NCBI RefSeq assembly: GCF_006345805.1
Contig: NC_043013.1
Coordinates: forward strand, 29,202,001-29,266,000
Length of the DNA: 64,000 nt
Reading direction: 5' to 3'
Source: Octopus sinensis
Taxonomy: Eukaryota
Shown: piece by piece, positions 26,290 to 39,026 of the stretch
How the letters are laid out: each line of letters begins with the position of its first letter
Position numbering within the stretch: the first letter of the stretch is position 1
Made by a program: the position numbers and the translations under genes
The notes under the pieces: model-generated
What the model was told of the DNA's origin: nothing
The model's database searches: none
Seen by the model: the letters and a program-made list of their open reading frames with translations, nothing else

Positions 26290-26292
<3 letters not shown>
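25998..26292 (+). mobile_element. R4/Dong-like 3' end with (TAA)n tail
   Basis: MAEIQTIVLMGTARILLSM* (26043-26102, QKxxLxGTARIL motif); sits between (AAT)n tracts. Confidence 0.65.
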
Positions 26293-26371
<79 letters not shown>

Positions 26372-26373
<2 letters not shown>

Positions 26374-27331
26374 ATGCCCTGATGCAGTACCAGGCAGTGG
26401 CTCTCATGGCTTCTGATCTTAACTGATTGGAAGTGTTATCATGTACATTGTTTTGTCTTGGTATAAAAGATGGGCTACAGCAAATATTCTGCTCAATACC
26501 TATTTCTTTATTACCCACAAGGGGCTAAACACAAAGGGTACAAACAAGGACAGACATAGGTATTAAGTCGATTACATCGACCCCAGTGCGTAGCTGGTAC
26601 TTAATTTATCGACCCCGAAAGGATGAAAGGCAAAGTCGACCTCGGCGGAATTTGAACTCAGAACGCAGCGGCGCACGAAATACCTATTTCTTTATTACCC
26701 ACAAGGGGCTAAACACAGAGGGGACAAACAAGGACAGACATAGGTATTAAGTCGATTACATCGACCCCAGTGCGTAGCTGGTACTTAATTTATCGACCCC
26801 GAAAGGATGAAAGGCAAAGTCGACCTCGGCGGAATTTGAACTCAGAACGCAGCGGCGCACGAAATACCGCAAAGCCTTTCGCCCGGCGTGCTAACGATTC
26901 TGCCAGATTTGCTTGTCAGTTGTTTGACCTTAACCAGTTGAGCATGTCCCTTAGTGGCTGACGATATGTGCATCTCTGATCACGAGCAGAAGTAGTGGGG
27001 GAGCATCATAGCCATGTGTTGAGAGGGATTCTTGGGGGTTTGAATAATTCACCTCTGGAAACATGGGTGGTTCTTTCAACAACCTTAAACAACCCTTATT
27101 CAGGGACCTTTTGAGCGGGATGGGCTACTCAACCTGAAGAAAATTCTAACTGGGCTCCACCTGCAAGGTCATGCGCTGTTTATCTTGATATGAGATCACC
27201 ATGTCGCGCACATATGGTTGTGATGCATGTGCCTGGTGTACCCTTATCAGACGGGTAGTCATGATGGGTATATTGGGCTTCGTATATTTTACCCCAGTGT
27301 CACTTTGATGGCATGAACTGCTCTCTCACTC
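26372..27331. mobile_element. Family D element interrupted by a SINE B dimer (26500-26906, minus)
   Basis: The uninterrupted copy reads ctcaataccatagatttg; here it is split at that point. Confidence 0.85.
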
Positions 27332-27365
<34 letters not shown>

Positions 27366-27387
27366 TAACAACAACAACAACAACAAT

Positions 27388-27930
27388 GGTTTCAAATTTT
27401 GGCACAAGGCTAGCAATTTCAAGGGAAGGGATAGCCGATTACATTGACTCTAGTACCCAACTGGTACTTATTTTATCGACCCGAAAGGAATGAAAGGCAA
27501 AGTCAACTTCGTTATAATTTGAACTTAGCACATAAAGACGGACGAAATATCGCTAAACATTTTGCCCGGCGTGCTAATAATTTTTTTTTCTACTATAGGC
27601 GGCACATGACTTGAAATTTAGGGAAGGGATCTAGTCAATTACACTCGCCGCCTTGACTGCGACAACAAAAATAACAACAATAACATCATTATCAATGACA
27701 ACAATAGTGATGATAATAAATGTGTTTAACATAGGAATGGGGCCTTAAATTTGGAGGAGAGGAACAGTTGAAAATAAAGGAGCAGTTTTTCACTGGTAGT
27801 TTATTTTGTCGAACATGGAAAGATGAAAGCAATGCGGGTCGCGGTGGGGTTTGGACTCAGAATGTAAAGTTCAAGAACAAATATTCTGAGACGTTTTGTC
27901 AAATGCTGTAACGATTCTGCCAATAGTGAA
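27388..27930 (-). mobile_element. SINE B-type copies/fragments
   Basis: ggtacttattttatcgacccgaaaggaatgaaaggcaaagtc. Confidence 0.6.
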
Positions 27931-28600
27931 GGATAAAGAAAAACAGATAAAAAAATAATAAAACATAATTGATAATCATAATTTGGTAAACAAAGCTATC
28001 GATACTTTCGCATTTGTTCAGTTGTCTGTCGTCATCATATTGTGAAAGATTATTCATCGAAAAGAGTGGCTTCTAAAGGGAGGCAATTGCTCTTAAGCGG
28101 TTAGCGTAGTTTTCAGTATCTGAAATCTGGAGACAAAAATCTATCTAATTTGCATTAGCAGAATGGAAAAATTTGATTAAATCTAAATGAAATTTCAATC
28201 AGAAGAAAATTTTAATTAGATTGAGAACTGGAAATCAGCAATTCGTACAAATAAATTAGAAAACTGACCTCTTCAACAAAATTGAATAATACCGCAACAA
28301 AAATACCGGTGTGCTAACGATTCTGCCAGCGCGAATTCAACATACCGACGGTGTTTCTTGTTAGTTGAAGTATAAAGGTATCAAGGAATTATGTAATTCA
28401 TTACTTTTGCAATTTTGTAATAAATCGATCATTTCTATAAATTCTTCTGATTATTATTGTCTAACTCCAGATTGGCCCTGATCTACCAAGCGCAAAAGTA
28501 TTCCAGCCGTGACTATCTCGCCTATTGTAAGGATTTCATTAGATAAGTTATCTTCACCTAGATGCATTATCTAATTTAGCACTTTCTTATTTATGATTTT

Positions 28601-29016
28601 GGATCTTTTCTGTTTGAACGGCAGTTTTTAACAATTTCTAGGTAACTAAAAAAATTTAAACTTCGTATAATGGTAGAATGTGTTTATAAAACATCTTTTT
28701 CTCTTGGCTTTATTGAGAAAATTCTATAGTTTGTAAGATATTTGTTGTTTTTTCTTCAATTTCTGCAATTTCAACCAATCAGTGACGTCTATTGAGCTAA
28801 AAAGCATTGTACCGTATGAATATGTCCCTCTTTTAAGAAACAGATTGGGTTTATTTACATTTGTGAAGAAAAGAAGATACCCTTCCCCCACCCCTAACTC
28901 TAACCCTAACCCTAAAACAGATTGAAATGCAATAGATCGATACTAGGGTCATAATTGTGGGTGACAATTTCATATGACACCGCTAGAAAAAACTGCCGTT
29001 CAAACCGAAGAGATCC
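28601..29016. mobile_element. MITE with GG-starting ~30-bp TIRs and 8-bp TSD (Merlin-like)
   Basis: ggatcttttctgtttgaacggcagttttt / aaaaactgccgttcaaaccgaagagatcc; ATGATTTT at 28593-28600 and 29017-29024. Confidence 0.8.
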
Positions 29017-29289
29017 ATGATTTTTACAGTGTGAATTGAAAGGGTACCTATTTCTAGTAGATATGCCGACCAAGAGGAGGCCTACCCTTCACTCGTTCAA
29101 TGGATTGTATTTGTGGCTAGATTATGTTAATAAAATTGCTGTGTCATAGTTGACTGTTTTAGCCATCGCGGTGGCCAAGGGGATACTGGAACCTTTTAAG
29201 TCGTATAAATAAATATAAGTTGATGGTAGCAATAATTTGTTGATGCGAAAGGTTAACAATGATAGGTAGGTGACCTCTCTCCCTCTCTA

Positions 29290-29534
29290 CACCCCTCCCC
29301 TACCTATCTACCTTCCTTCCTTCCTTCCTTCCTTCCTTCCTTCCTTCCTTCCTTCCTTCTTCCTTCCTTCCTTCCTTCCTTCCTTCCTTCCTTCTTTACG
29401 CTCTCCCTTCCTCCCTACATTCCTCCCTACATATCTACGTACGTACGTACCTATCTACCTACCTACCTACTTACCTATCTACCAACATGTCTGCCAGCCT
29501 GCCTGCCTGCCTACCTGTCTGCCTACCTGCCTAC

Positions 29535-29572
<38 letters not shown>

Positions 29573-29670
29573 CTTTCTCTCTCCTTCCACCTCTGTCTCC
29601 TGTGTGAGTGTGTGTGTGTTAAATGTGTGTACATGCATATGCATCTTTATATATAAATGTGTGTGTTTGA

Positions 29671-29730
<60 letters not shown>
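29290..29730. repeat. Compound (CCTT)n/(CCTA)n/(CCTG)n/(TG)n/(GA)n
   Basis: Direct reading. Confidence 0.9.
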
Positions 29731-30013
29731 GTGTGTGTACGGTAATTGTATTCACGGAGTAAAGAAATAATAGAGAGTGTACTCAAATTGGTTGACTGCT
29801 GTTTCGTATCGCGGAAAATTCAAAGAGGTTGTCAGACGGTGATGTCGGAATCAAATTCAAAAGAAAATACATGAACGCTAGCAGAAACAGCTCAAATCAC
29901 GTTTTGATCTCGCATTTCCCCGTATAAGAGAAACTTTAAAACGTGATTGCTACTTAAGACAAGGGAAATGACTCTAGATGGATCGAATGGAAAATATCTG
30001 CTAGAGAGAAGTA

Positions 30014-31238
30014 TCAGGTCATCCCATAAGTTCTGTCCGATTTTACCTTTTTTTAAAATTGAGTGAAATTTAATAGTATTTTAGAATGTCTAATGGAATT
30101 AAAAATTAATTTTATGCATTTGTGTAGCTTTAAACTAATTAAATGTTATTTTACAGAATAATAAAATTAAAATTCCTTTGATCAAGGCCCTTTCTAACAT
30201 GAAAGTATCCAAAGAGCACTTGAAGCACATAATGCTTTATGAGTACAAAAAAGGAAACTCTGCAGCCGAAGCGACTCGAAACATACACTCAGTTTATGGG
30301 AAAGAATGCTTGAATGAAAGAACTTGTAGAAGATGGTTTGCAAAATTCAGAAGTGGAGATTTCAGCCTTGAGGATGAAGATCGAACAAGACGTCCAGTTG
30401 AGTTTGATGATAAGCTCCTTGAGGCATTACTTGAAGAAAATCTGGCATTATCAGTTGAAGAATTGGCAATAAAGCTTTGTTCAAATCATACAACTGTTCA
30501 TCGTCATCTTCAACAACTTAGAAAGGTTCCTAAACTTAAAAAATGGGTGCCTCAGGAATTGTCCGAAAACAACCACAAATCCCGAGTTGACATCTGCTCT
30601 TCTCTCTATTCTCGCGAATTCATTTCACCCTTTTTGGATAGACTTGTGACTGGTGACGAAAAATGGATCTTCCATCAAAATGTTAAACGTCGTAAACAGT
30701 AGCTTGGGATAAAAAGTTTCTTCTCTCTATCTGGTGGGATTGCAAAGGAGTAATTCACTTTGAATTGTTACCACCTAATGCAACAATCAATGCTCAAGTC
30801 TACTGTCAGCAATTAGAGCTTTTGAACTAAGCTTTGAAGAAAAAGAGGAGTGATGTTTCATGAGGACAATGCGCGAACCAACACTGCAAAGATCACATCA
30901 CAGAAGATCGAAGAACTTGGTTTGGAAAAATTCCTCATCCACCTTATTCTCCCGACCTTGCTCCTTCAGACTACCATTCGTTTCGTGGTTTACAGAATCA
31001 TTTGTGGGACATAACTTTTGCAAGCAGCCAGGAGGAGGTCGAAACTGACATTTCAGAGTTCTTCGCTTTGAAACCAAAAGACTTTTACATTGATGGGATT
31101 AAAAAGCTTGTAAATAGATGGAAGGAAGTCATAGATAATCAGGGAAAATACATTGATGGTTAAATTTTAATTAACTATAACATTTGATCACTTGTTTTCT
31201 TTATTTAAAATTCGGACAGAACTTATGGGATGACCTGA
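30014..31238 (+). mobile_element. Mariner transposon with perfect 27-bp TIRs, inactivated transposase (~30199-31163)
   Basis: tcaggtcatcccataagttctgtccga / tcggacagaacttatgggatgacctga, TA TSD; WVPQEL, VTGDEKW, HPPYSPDLAPSDY; stop at 30700-702 and frameshifts. Confidence 0.93.
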
Positions 31239-31557
31239 TATATGGGAACGAAAATTTTCTTTACATATACACACACACGCGTGCGCGCACACACGCAGAT
31301 GCGCACGCGCGTAAGCATTGTCAGGCGCGCGAGCCACAAAACTTAATATGTAAAAAAGGGATTAAATACTGGATTAGTATAGTAAAGAACAAGTTGAAGG
31401 AGCTGGTGGCACTGGCTCAGTGTTACCACGCGTTTCCTCTGTGCTAAAAGTTCGTTAATTCCCATGCTGTTATAAATCAGAGCCCGGACTGTCAGGTTCC
31501 ACAACTGTGCGTATTATCTTGATAAGACGTTGAATCGGTGCAGGTGTTTTATTGAGT

Positions 31558-31984
31558 TACTCTTTTACTTGTTTCAGTCATTTGACTGCGGCCATGCTGG
31601 AGCACCGCCTTTAGTCAAGCAACTCGACCCCCAGGACTTATTCTTTGTAAGCCTAGTACTTATTCTATCGGTCTCTTTTGCCGAACTGCTAAGTTATGGG
31701 GACATAAGTTACGGGGGCGTAAACACACCAGCATCGGTTGCCAAGCGATGCTAGGGGGACAACCACAGACACACAAACATATACACACATATACATACAT
31801 ACATATATACATACATATATATATACGACGGGCTTCTTTCAGTTTCCGTCTTCCAAATCCACTCACAAGGCTTTGTTCGGCCCGAGCCTATAGTAGAAGA
31901 CACTTGCCCAAGGTGCCACACAGTGGGACTGAACCCAGAACCATGTGGTTGTTAAGCAAGCTACTTATCACATAGCCACTTCTG
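31558..31984 (-). mobile_element. SINE family A
   Basis: Reverse complement of the family A consensus. Confidence 0.85.
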
Positions 31985-32599
31985 AGGCACATTTAATGCA
32001 GATGCCTAGTAGTAAGACTTTTCCTTCTGCTCATAAGCTGTTCATATTTTATCCATGTTAATGACCTGTAGGGATACAGTATTTTGTTATGCAACCATAA
32101 TATACTATAAAGTATATTAAATGATTTTATAAGTCAATACCGTGCTCTACAGTGTTAGCAGTGCTATAACATCACTTGTTAAGGTTATCCATAGTAAAGA
32201 ACACGGCTTGTCTAATATAGCCAAATAAAAGTACAAAGGTAAAACAGCAGCAAAGAAAAGCAAAAACTGGATGAAAGCCTACACAAAAAATCCAACAAAA
32301 AAGTTATATAGGATTTATGCTTTATAGAATGCTCCACTTGCAACACCAATACCATAGAGGTGGAGTGCTTCGCAAAAACGACAGCAAATATCGTAAAGGC
32401 TTCTATAGCGGACAAACACACCGGTTTACTAAATGCTGAACATCTAATAAAAATCTATCATAATAACTATTTTACGTCCGTGCGCATTATGGAAACTATA
32501 ATCAGAAGGACGATAATTTATAAACATGTATCTGTAAACAAATCACTGAGTAGAAATGATCTTCACTCACTCAAAGGAGAAAGCACTTATGAGATGTAG

Positions 32600-33050
32600 G
32601 TGTGGATATAAATTCCTTCACCTGCACCTGAGAATTTAGTGCCAGTGATGTACAATTTCTCAACGATTGCCAATGAAGTAAAGCATTCCGTTATTCTATG
32701 TAAGAATGAGGAATTTGTCCTCTTTGTCACTTTTCCGGAAAGACGGACAGTGAGGGTGAAAATATCCGGTTTGTCACCAGAACTGCACATCTGTTAGCTT
32801 GCAACGTGCGCCATGCTGGAAGGAAGTGACACTCTCCTGGACGTAGAATAATGCAGACAGGATACTTTGTCCGGAATATGATTAGAGGTATTATTAGAAT
32901 TGAGACCAAAATGCATGGAAAAGATCCCGGTACTAATTCAGCTGCCGAATGGGACAGAGCTATATGTTGTAGGGGACGGTCTCATCTCCAAGTGTTAAGT
33001 ATGTGATGATACCAACCCACTGAAAGCCGCCTGTTCACTACAGAAAGTGA
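32600..33050 (+). mobile_element. Decayed LINE ORF1/gag-like relic with degenerate zinc knuckle
   Basis: One frame with several stops: VTFPERRTVRVKISGLSPELH…KIPVLIQLPNGTELYVVGDGLISKC*VCDDTNPLKAAC (CX2CX4[H>P]X4C spacing). Confidence 0.45.
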
Positions 33051-34909
33051 AAGCGTGGAACCTCTACCCCCACCCCAACCCGCTGTTTCCGATACCATAG
33101 GTACAACAACATCAACAATACCAGTAAGGGCACTTAACCGCAGGATCAGCAACAGTTACAGCAGTAAACTTAGCAACAGATACAAAAACAGTGGCATCAG
33201 CAACAGCGAAAATAGCGGGAATACCAATAAAAAAAGACAGCTACAGAATCCTCTGACAACAACAGTAATAGAAGCAACACCACCAACATCAGCTACAGAG
33301 TCTCTACACCCCCAAGCAAAACACATGAAGACATATCCTTCGTGTCTTCAAATCATTCTGAGATGTTCTGCAACGAGGATGGCAAAGGTAATAAAATGAA
33401 GAGGTCCAGATAAGAAAAGGATAAAACAAATTTGCGTTCAGAAAAACGCTGGGGGGGGGAGGTTGAAGAGAGGCGACTTGAAGAGAATGAAATACCAGCA
33501 CCGACTCCAAAATTGCCATCATTACCACCACAAGCAATATACAACACGGCAAATATTACTACAAGCATAACCTAATCTACACTCAAACCAACATCAAGTT
33601 AAATGCCGACGAAAATCAACTGGTTGGTCTGTCTCGGAGGACTTTCATGTTGGGGTCCATTGATAATTTTCTTTGCCCTAGTAGTGCTACCGGGTGTGGC
33701 AGGGGTTGTGGTGGTGTCAGTTTGAGATAACTCTACATGCTTCGAAATGCCGTCAGCCAGAATTGTTCGAAACTAATGTAATGAAATCGTTTTACACGCA
33801 ATCGTCTTGTACTCGAATATTGCTGACTTATGAAGTTATCTCGAACAACTGCTATCGCGTATTGGACAAATTTTATCAGATATATGATGAATTGAACGCG
33901 GTTCTTCAGGTAACCCTTATGCCTATCAGTCAGTCAATCTGTTCCGAGTTAGTTTAGACATTGGGCGTAAGTTCCCCAGCGTCGATGTATTTCTTCTCGT
34001 GTTTCATCAATATCTGATAACAGCCTCTCTGGCTTTTCTGAACGATATGTCGCTATGTGATGTTTAGACTTTCCTCTCTTCTCCTTTGTCTTGTGGTTAA
34101 TTGCATAAACAGATTTACGACTATTTTATGTTTTATCAAATATTTCAGAATTAAAATAATTCACCTTCGCCACCCTTACTAATCTATATAGCACAGCTCC
34201 AGACCAAAGGTTAGAAACACTGTCTTATGTATAGTCATTGATAGATACAGCGTTATACTTTTGCGTCACAAACTAGCTAACTGTGCACCGCCTGACGCAC
34301 CCGTCTCTTCATTTCGTCACCCTTATTACAATCACTCACCCATCCTAAACACACTTTTTAATTGAGCCAGTGAGAGAATCTCATCATGGTCGTTCGATAT
34401 GCTGGCAATACCAGCCAATTCTCCCTCAATAGTATACTATTCTGTTTTAAAATAAGACAGGATACATCAACAAAAGTGGTTTGGCCATCGCAGGAATGCG
34501 TTTGAAGATTGTTGTACTGGATCGGGGAGGATCATTATAAAGAGTAATAGCAACAATAAACAACCAGCGTGAGAACCCGAATGTGGTCGCTTGAATTACT
34601 AGAAATGACTGTTAAACACCTCCCCCATATAACACCCTAAAATGGAATGATGGTAGATACTGTCTATCTAAAACAAAGGAGCAAAATCGATGAGAATATC
34701 ATACTTGGAATGCATTTTATCATATCTCTATTTTATCAGAGTTGACCTGAAGCTATATAGCAATAGAAACAATAGTTAAAACATCGTGTAACGCTTTATG
34801 TAGTCGCTTAGTCAGACAGAAATACCAGATTGAGCAGATTCCCTCAAATCACACCCTAACGTCTTAAACGAACACGAAATAACCTAATAGATCATATTGA
34901 CCTCTTGTG

Positions 34910-35230
34910 AAGGGTTGTTGCTTAGTGGTTAGGTCATTCAGCTCACGATCGTAGGGCCGTGAGTTCGATTCTCGGCAGCACGTTGTGTCCTTGAACAAGA
35001 CACTTTATTTCACTATGCTTCAATCAATTCAGCTGGAAAAAATGAGTAGTACCTGTATTTCAAAGGGCCACCTTTGTCACATTCTGTGTCACGCTGAATC
35101 TCCTTGAGAACTGCATTAAGGGCACGAGTGGCTGTGGAGTGCTGAGTTACTTGCAGGTTAATTTCACGAGCAAGCTGTTCTGTTGATCATATCAACTTGA
35201 ACCCTCGTCGTCGCAACCGACGGAGTGCCA
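34910..35230 (+). mobile_element. SINE family F (tRNA head + CORE-like gtgtccttgaacaagacactt)
   Basis: A/B boxes; related copies at 50260-50545 and 51415-51665 (minus). Confidence 0.75.
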
Positions 35231-36012
35231 GTTAAATAGTCTTAGATCCTAATAAACATACTGGATGGTCATGACTGGAACACTTTTCATCATTGGTTTA
35301 CTCTATTTTGAGAACTGAACAACAACAAAAACAAAAATTCCATCCATATTAAATATAGTTATTAAACCTTTTCTACTTAGAGTTATCCATACTATATTTG
35401 CAGACATCAGAATACAAACGCTAAAGTTAAATATATTTTAGACTTAATTATCAACTAATTAGTAGTCTTAGAGGTTCTTCAGAGAAGAAGAAACAGCTTT
35501 TCCTTCACAGAGCTTTTTCCTACTGAACTTGCTCACTCTCGGCTTTCAGACAATAATATGAAAAACACCTACATCGGGATAAACACCGACATCAAGACTT
35601 GAGTAGCCTAAGTGTAACTGCAAAGAACATTGGTATTGTACTTATTATTCAGAGTAACTAATTCAGAAAAAGCGAGAAAAGTGATATGTTTTTCTAAGGC
35701 AGAACAATAAAGCGAGAAGAAATTTCATATAAATATTTAACGCCAACCCCACTGCAAAACAAAAAACAAAAAACAAAAAAAAAACAAACCAAAAAAAAAA
35801 AAAAATAAAATAAAAAACAAACGAGGTGTGTATATGTGTATAAAATTTGTTTTATTCTGAAACAATAGGGAAAAAATCATAATTTAGGAATTTTTATATA
35901 ACTGTACGAAACTTTTAGAAAAATTTATTTAAATTCTTCAAGAAATGGAAATTTATAATTCATACGAAATATGTTCAAGTTATAATACAATGAAAGCTCA
36001 TGGAATAATGTC

Positions 36013-36075
<63 letters not shown>

Positions 36076-36171
36076 TCATACGTATGCATGTATGCATGTT
36101 TTTGTGATTGTGTGCGTAGTGCTTATGTATTATAAATGTATATATACTTTTATGCATGTATGTATATATAT

Positions 36172-36258
<87 letters not shown>

Positions 36259-36699
36259 CATATACATATACTTTTATAAACATTTAATGTACGATTAAAT
36301 ATTATATAACATATATTTGAAGAAAATGTATTAGTTCAACAGTATTTTGGTTAAGAAAAAAAATTGTTTTTCAATGGTTTAGAGAAAGCTCACTCGCCTT
36401 CAGTTATTGTTTAATGGTTGAAGAAAGAATTCACGTTGAAAGCAACTCTAGAGAAGAGATGTAACCGTTGAATTACTTGCTTCGATAACATTTTGATTAG
36501 CTAGCCATGAGTCCATCATAATGACAATATATGATAAATATAATTTGGTTTATATGATATATACATTAGTATAGATTTAATAAATAATATATATAATATA
36601 TGCATAGATTTTTTTCATTTGAAAGTATGTATATACACGTGAATTTATGTGTGTTGCGCTCAGATTAGGTTTGTATTAGAGAAGTGTGTATGTATATGC

Positions 36700-36759
<60 letters not shown>

Positions 36760-36766
<7 letters not shown>

Positions 36767-36950
36767 GAAGGAGCTTCTACAGGACTAGAACTGTTTCATT
36801 CAAGAGAAATCTTCAGGAAGCTCCTGAAGATTTCTCTTGAATGAAACAGTTCTAGTCCTGTAGAAGCTCCTTCTATATAATAAATTAATTTTACTCTGCT
36901 ATGTATTGAGTACCTTATTTACTGTGGTTAACCCCGAATCAACCCGGGAC
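36760..36950. mobile_element. Probable Penelope-type terminal fragment with inverted duplication (121-bp palindrome 36760-36880)
   Basis: 59-bp perfect arms, 3-nt loop; hammerhead core in both arms; embedded in (TA)n. Confidence 0.7.
36769..36825 (-). ncRNA. Type I hammerhead ribozyme motif
   Basis: AGGAGCUUC-CUGAAGA-UUUC(UCUU)GAAU-GAAA-CAG(UUCUAGUC)CUG-UA^GAAGCUCCU: 9-bp stem I, GUA cleavage triplet, weak stem II. Confidence 0.7.
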
Positions 36951-36951
36951 C

Positions 36952-37009
<58 letters not shown>

Positions 37010-37378
37010 GAATTCTTTAAGTTTCTAGCAGGGAAGTCAGCTGGATTTGTTCGATGTCGGTTAGACTTCTCTTTATTTCTCGCAATTCTGCGTAATAACT
37101 GTGACATTAGTCAAGAAAGAATTTAATCACATGATTAACGATCTACAATACATGCTAGAAAAAGACAATGCTTCTGTTGGGTCTGCTAAATTTATATTTA
37201 GTTAGGCGGGCAGGGCCACAAAAAAAAGAAAAAGAAAAAAAACTGAAAGACATGTTTTTATTGTCAGGAGAGAAAGAACGTATAGCAAGTCAGAGGTAAC
37301 AACCGCCCCAGCTAGCTTGCATACGTCTCTTTGTATGTATATGCATAAATATACATATGTATATATATATATACATAT

Positions 37379-37421
<43 letters not shown>

Positions 37422-37551
37422 TAATGACCTGCCTGCCTAGGCATCGGGATGGCCTCATCTGAAAGCTACAGGAATGCAAGGAAGTGCATTGTGACTGACT
37501 GTATAAAAAGACCCGATAGCATATGTATGTATGTATATATATATATATATA

Positions 37552-37641
<90 letters not shown>

Positions 37642-37740
37642 CAAACGTACATACACACATATATGCATATGTATATATATATATATATATATAATCAAGT
37701 CAAATTGCGATAAAATAAAATTAATTATTATCGCTGGTGA

Positions 37741-37782
<42 letters not shown>

Positions 37783-38680
37783 GCATATATATATATACAT
37801 ACATGCATATATATATATATGCATATATATACATATATATATACACACGCACACATACATACATACATACATACATACACATATATATATATATACACAT
37901 ATATATATACACACACATGCATCGCACATATCTGTATGAACGCATGTAAGTAAAATTACCAGAGTAAAGTAGATCAATAATTTTTGAGAATCAATGCATT
38001 GCTATGACATTTATGAATTCTCTGAAGATCACTGACTGACTCGTACCTGAGAGCAGGGACAAGGATCTACCCAAGTATCGTAAATCCATGCTGACTTCAT
38101 TTGCAGAAACTTCAAGTTGTGGTCTTTCCCGCTTCAAATAACGTGACATTTTTTTCACATTTGTCTCTCGTTGTCTGTTTTGAAACCAGTTTTTAAATCA
38201 TTTTTCACGCATCTTCGTTTCTAAATCACAAATTTGTTATCTTCATTTTAATTGGCTGCATTGGTCGTTCTATATTCACCACATTATACTCAGTCTTTTA
38301 TTCCACCCCACACACTCCATCCATCCTTCCATACATCCATCGTTCTTTCGTCCACACACGCATACACACACATATATATATATGCATACATACATACATA
38401 CATACATACATACATACATACATACATACATACATACATACATACATGTATATATATGTATGTATATATGTGTATATGTATGTATTGATATTTGTTTTTA
38501 TTTTAAGTTATAATAAAAACAATTCTATATCAAACTGAAGGAGTATCCTGCACTGTTTGCAAAGTACAGATTCTTTAACAGGAATAGTACTGACAATGAC
38601 TTCGAAATTTAGGTCCGTTAAGTCTGATGGTGGCTTAACTGACTGGCATTTCAAAATCATCGTGAATACTATTTTTGTTA

Positions 38681-38743
<63 letters not shown>

Positions 38744-38900
38744 AACACACACCTTTCTCACACTAATATCACAGATATGTTGAAAGTTAAGTTGATTAAC
38801 AATCATTTTGTTTGATGAATACAAAAAAAAAAAATGAAAAGCATAAAAGGAAACTAAAAAAAGTTCCAAATAAATAGATAAAAAAAAAAATTCGTAGAAA

Positions 38901-39026
38901 TTAAGATGTTGAATCAATTGGACAATCAATAAATTTGAACTTCATGTCTGTAGGTGGATGGTGTTGTAATTCGGAAACAATTTCGAAAGAATCTGTCGGA
39001 TATTGTACGGAATATTTCGATAAAAT
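38901..39026 (-). CDS. CYP coding exon 9 (terminal); absent from the ORF track
   Basis: Strong acceptor tttcttcttttacttttacag; [41 protein letters not shown]. Confidence 0.85.
   Translation of the reverse strand: MLSKYSVQYPTDSFEIVSELQHHPPTDMKFKFIDCPIDSTS

Noticed and set aside
28895-28914. Telomere-like (CCCTAA) units
   Set aside because: Only about three imperfect units, internal to the Merlin-like MITE; not an interstitial telomere.
38490-38510. AATAAA (minus) ~400 nt after the CYP stop as polyA signal
   Set aside because: Common by chance in AT-rich DNA; needs 3' end data.
38508-38750. ORF as alternative last CYP exon
   Set aside because: No phase-0 acceptor gives an open frame, it begins in (TA)n, and the exon at 39026-38901 has a strong acceptor and a plausible C-terminus.
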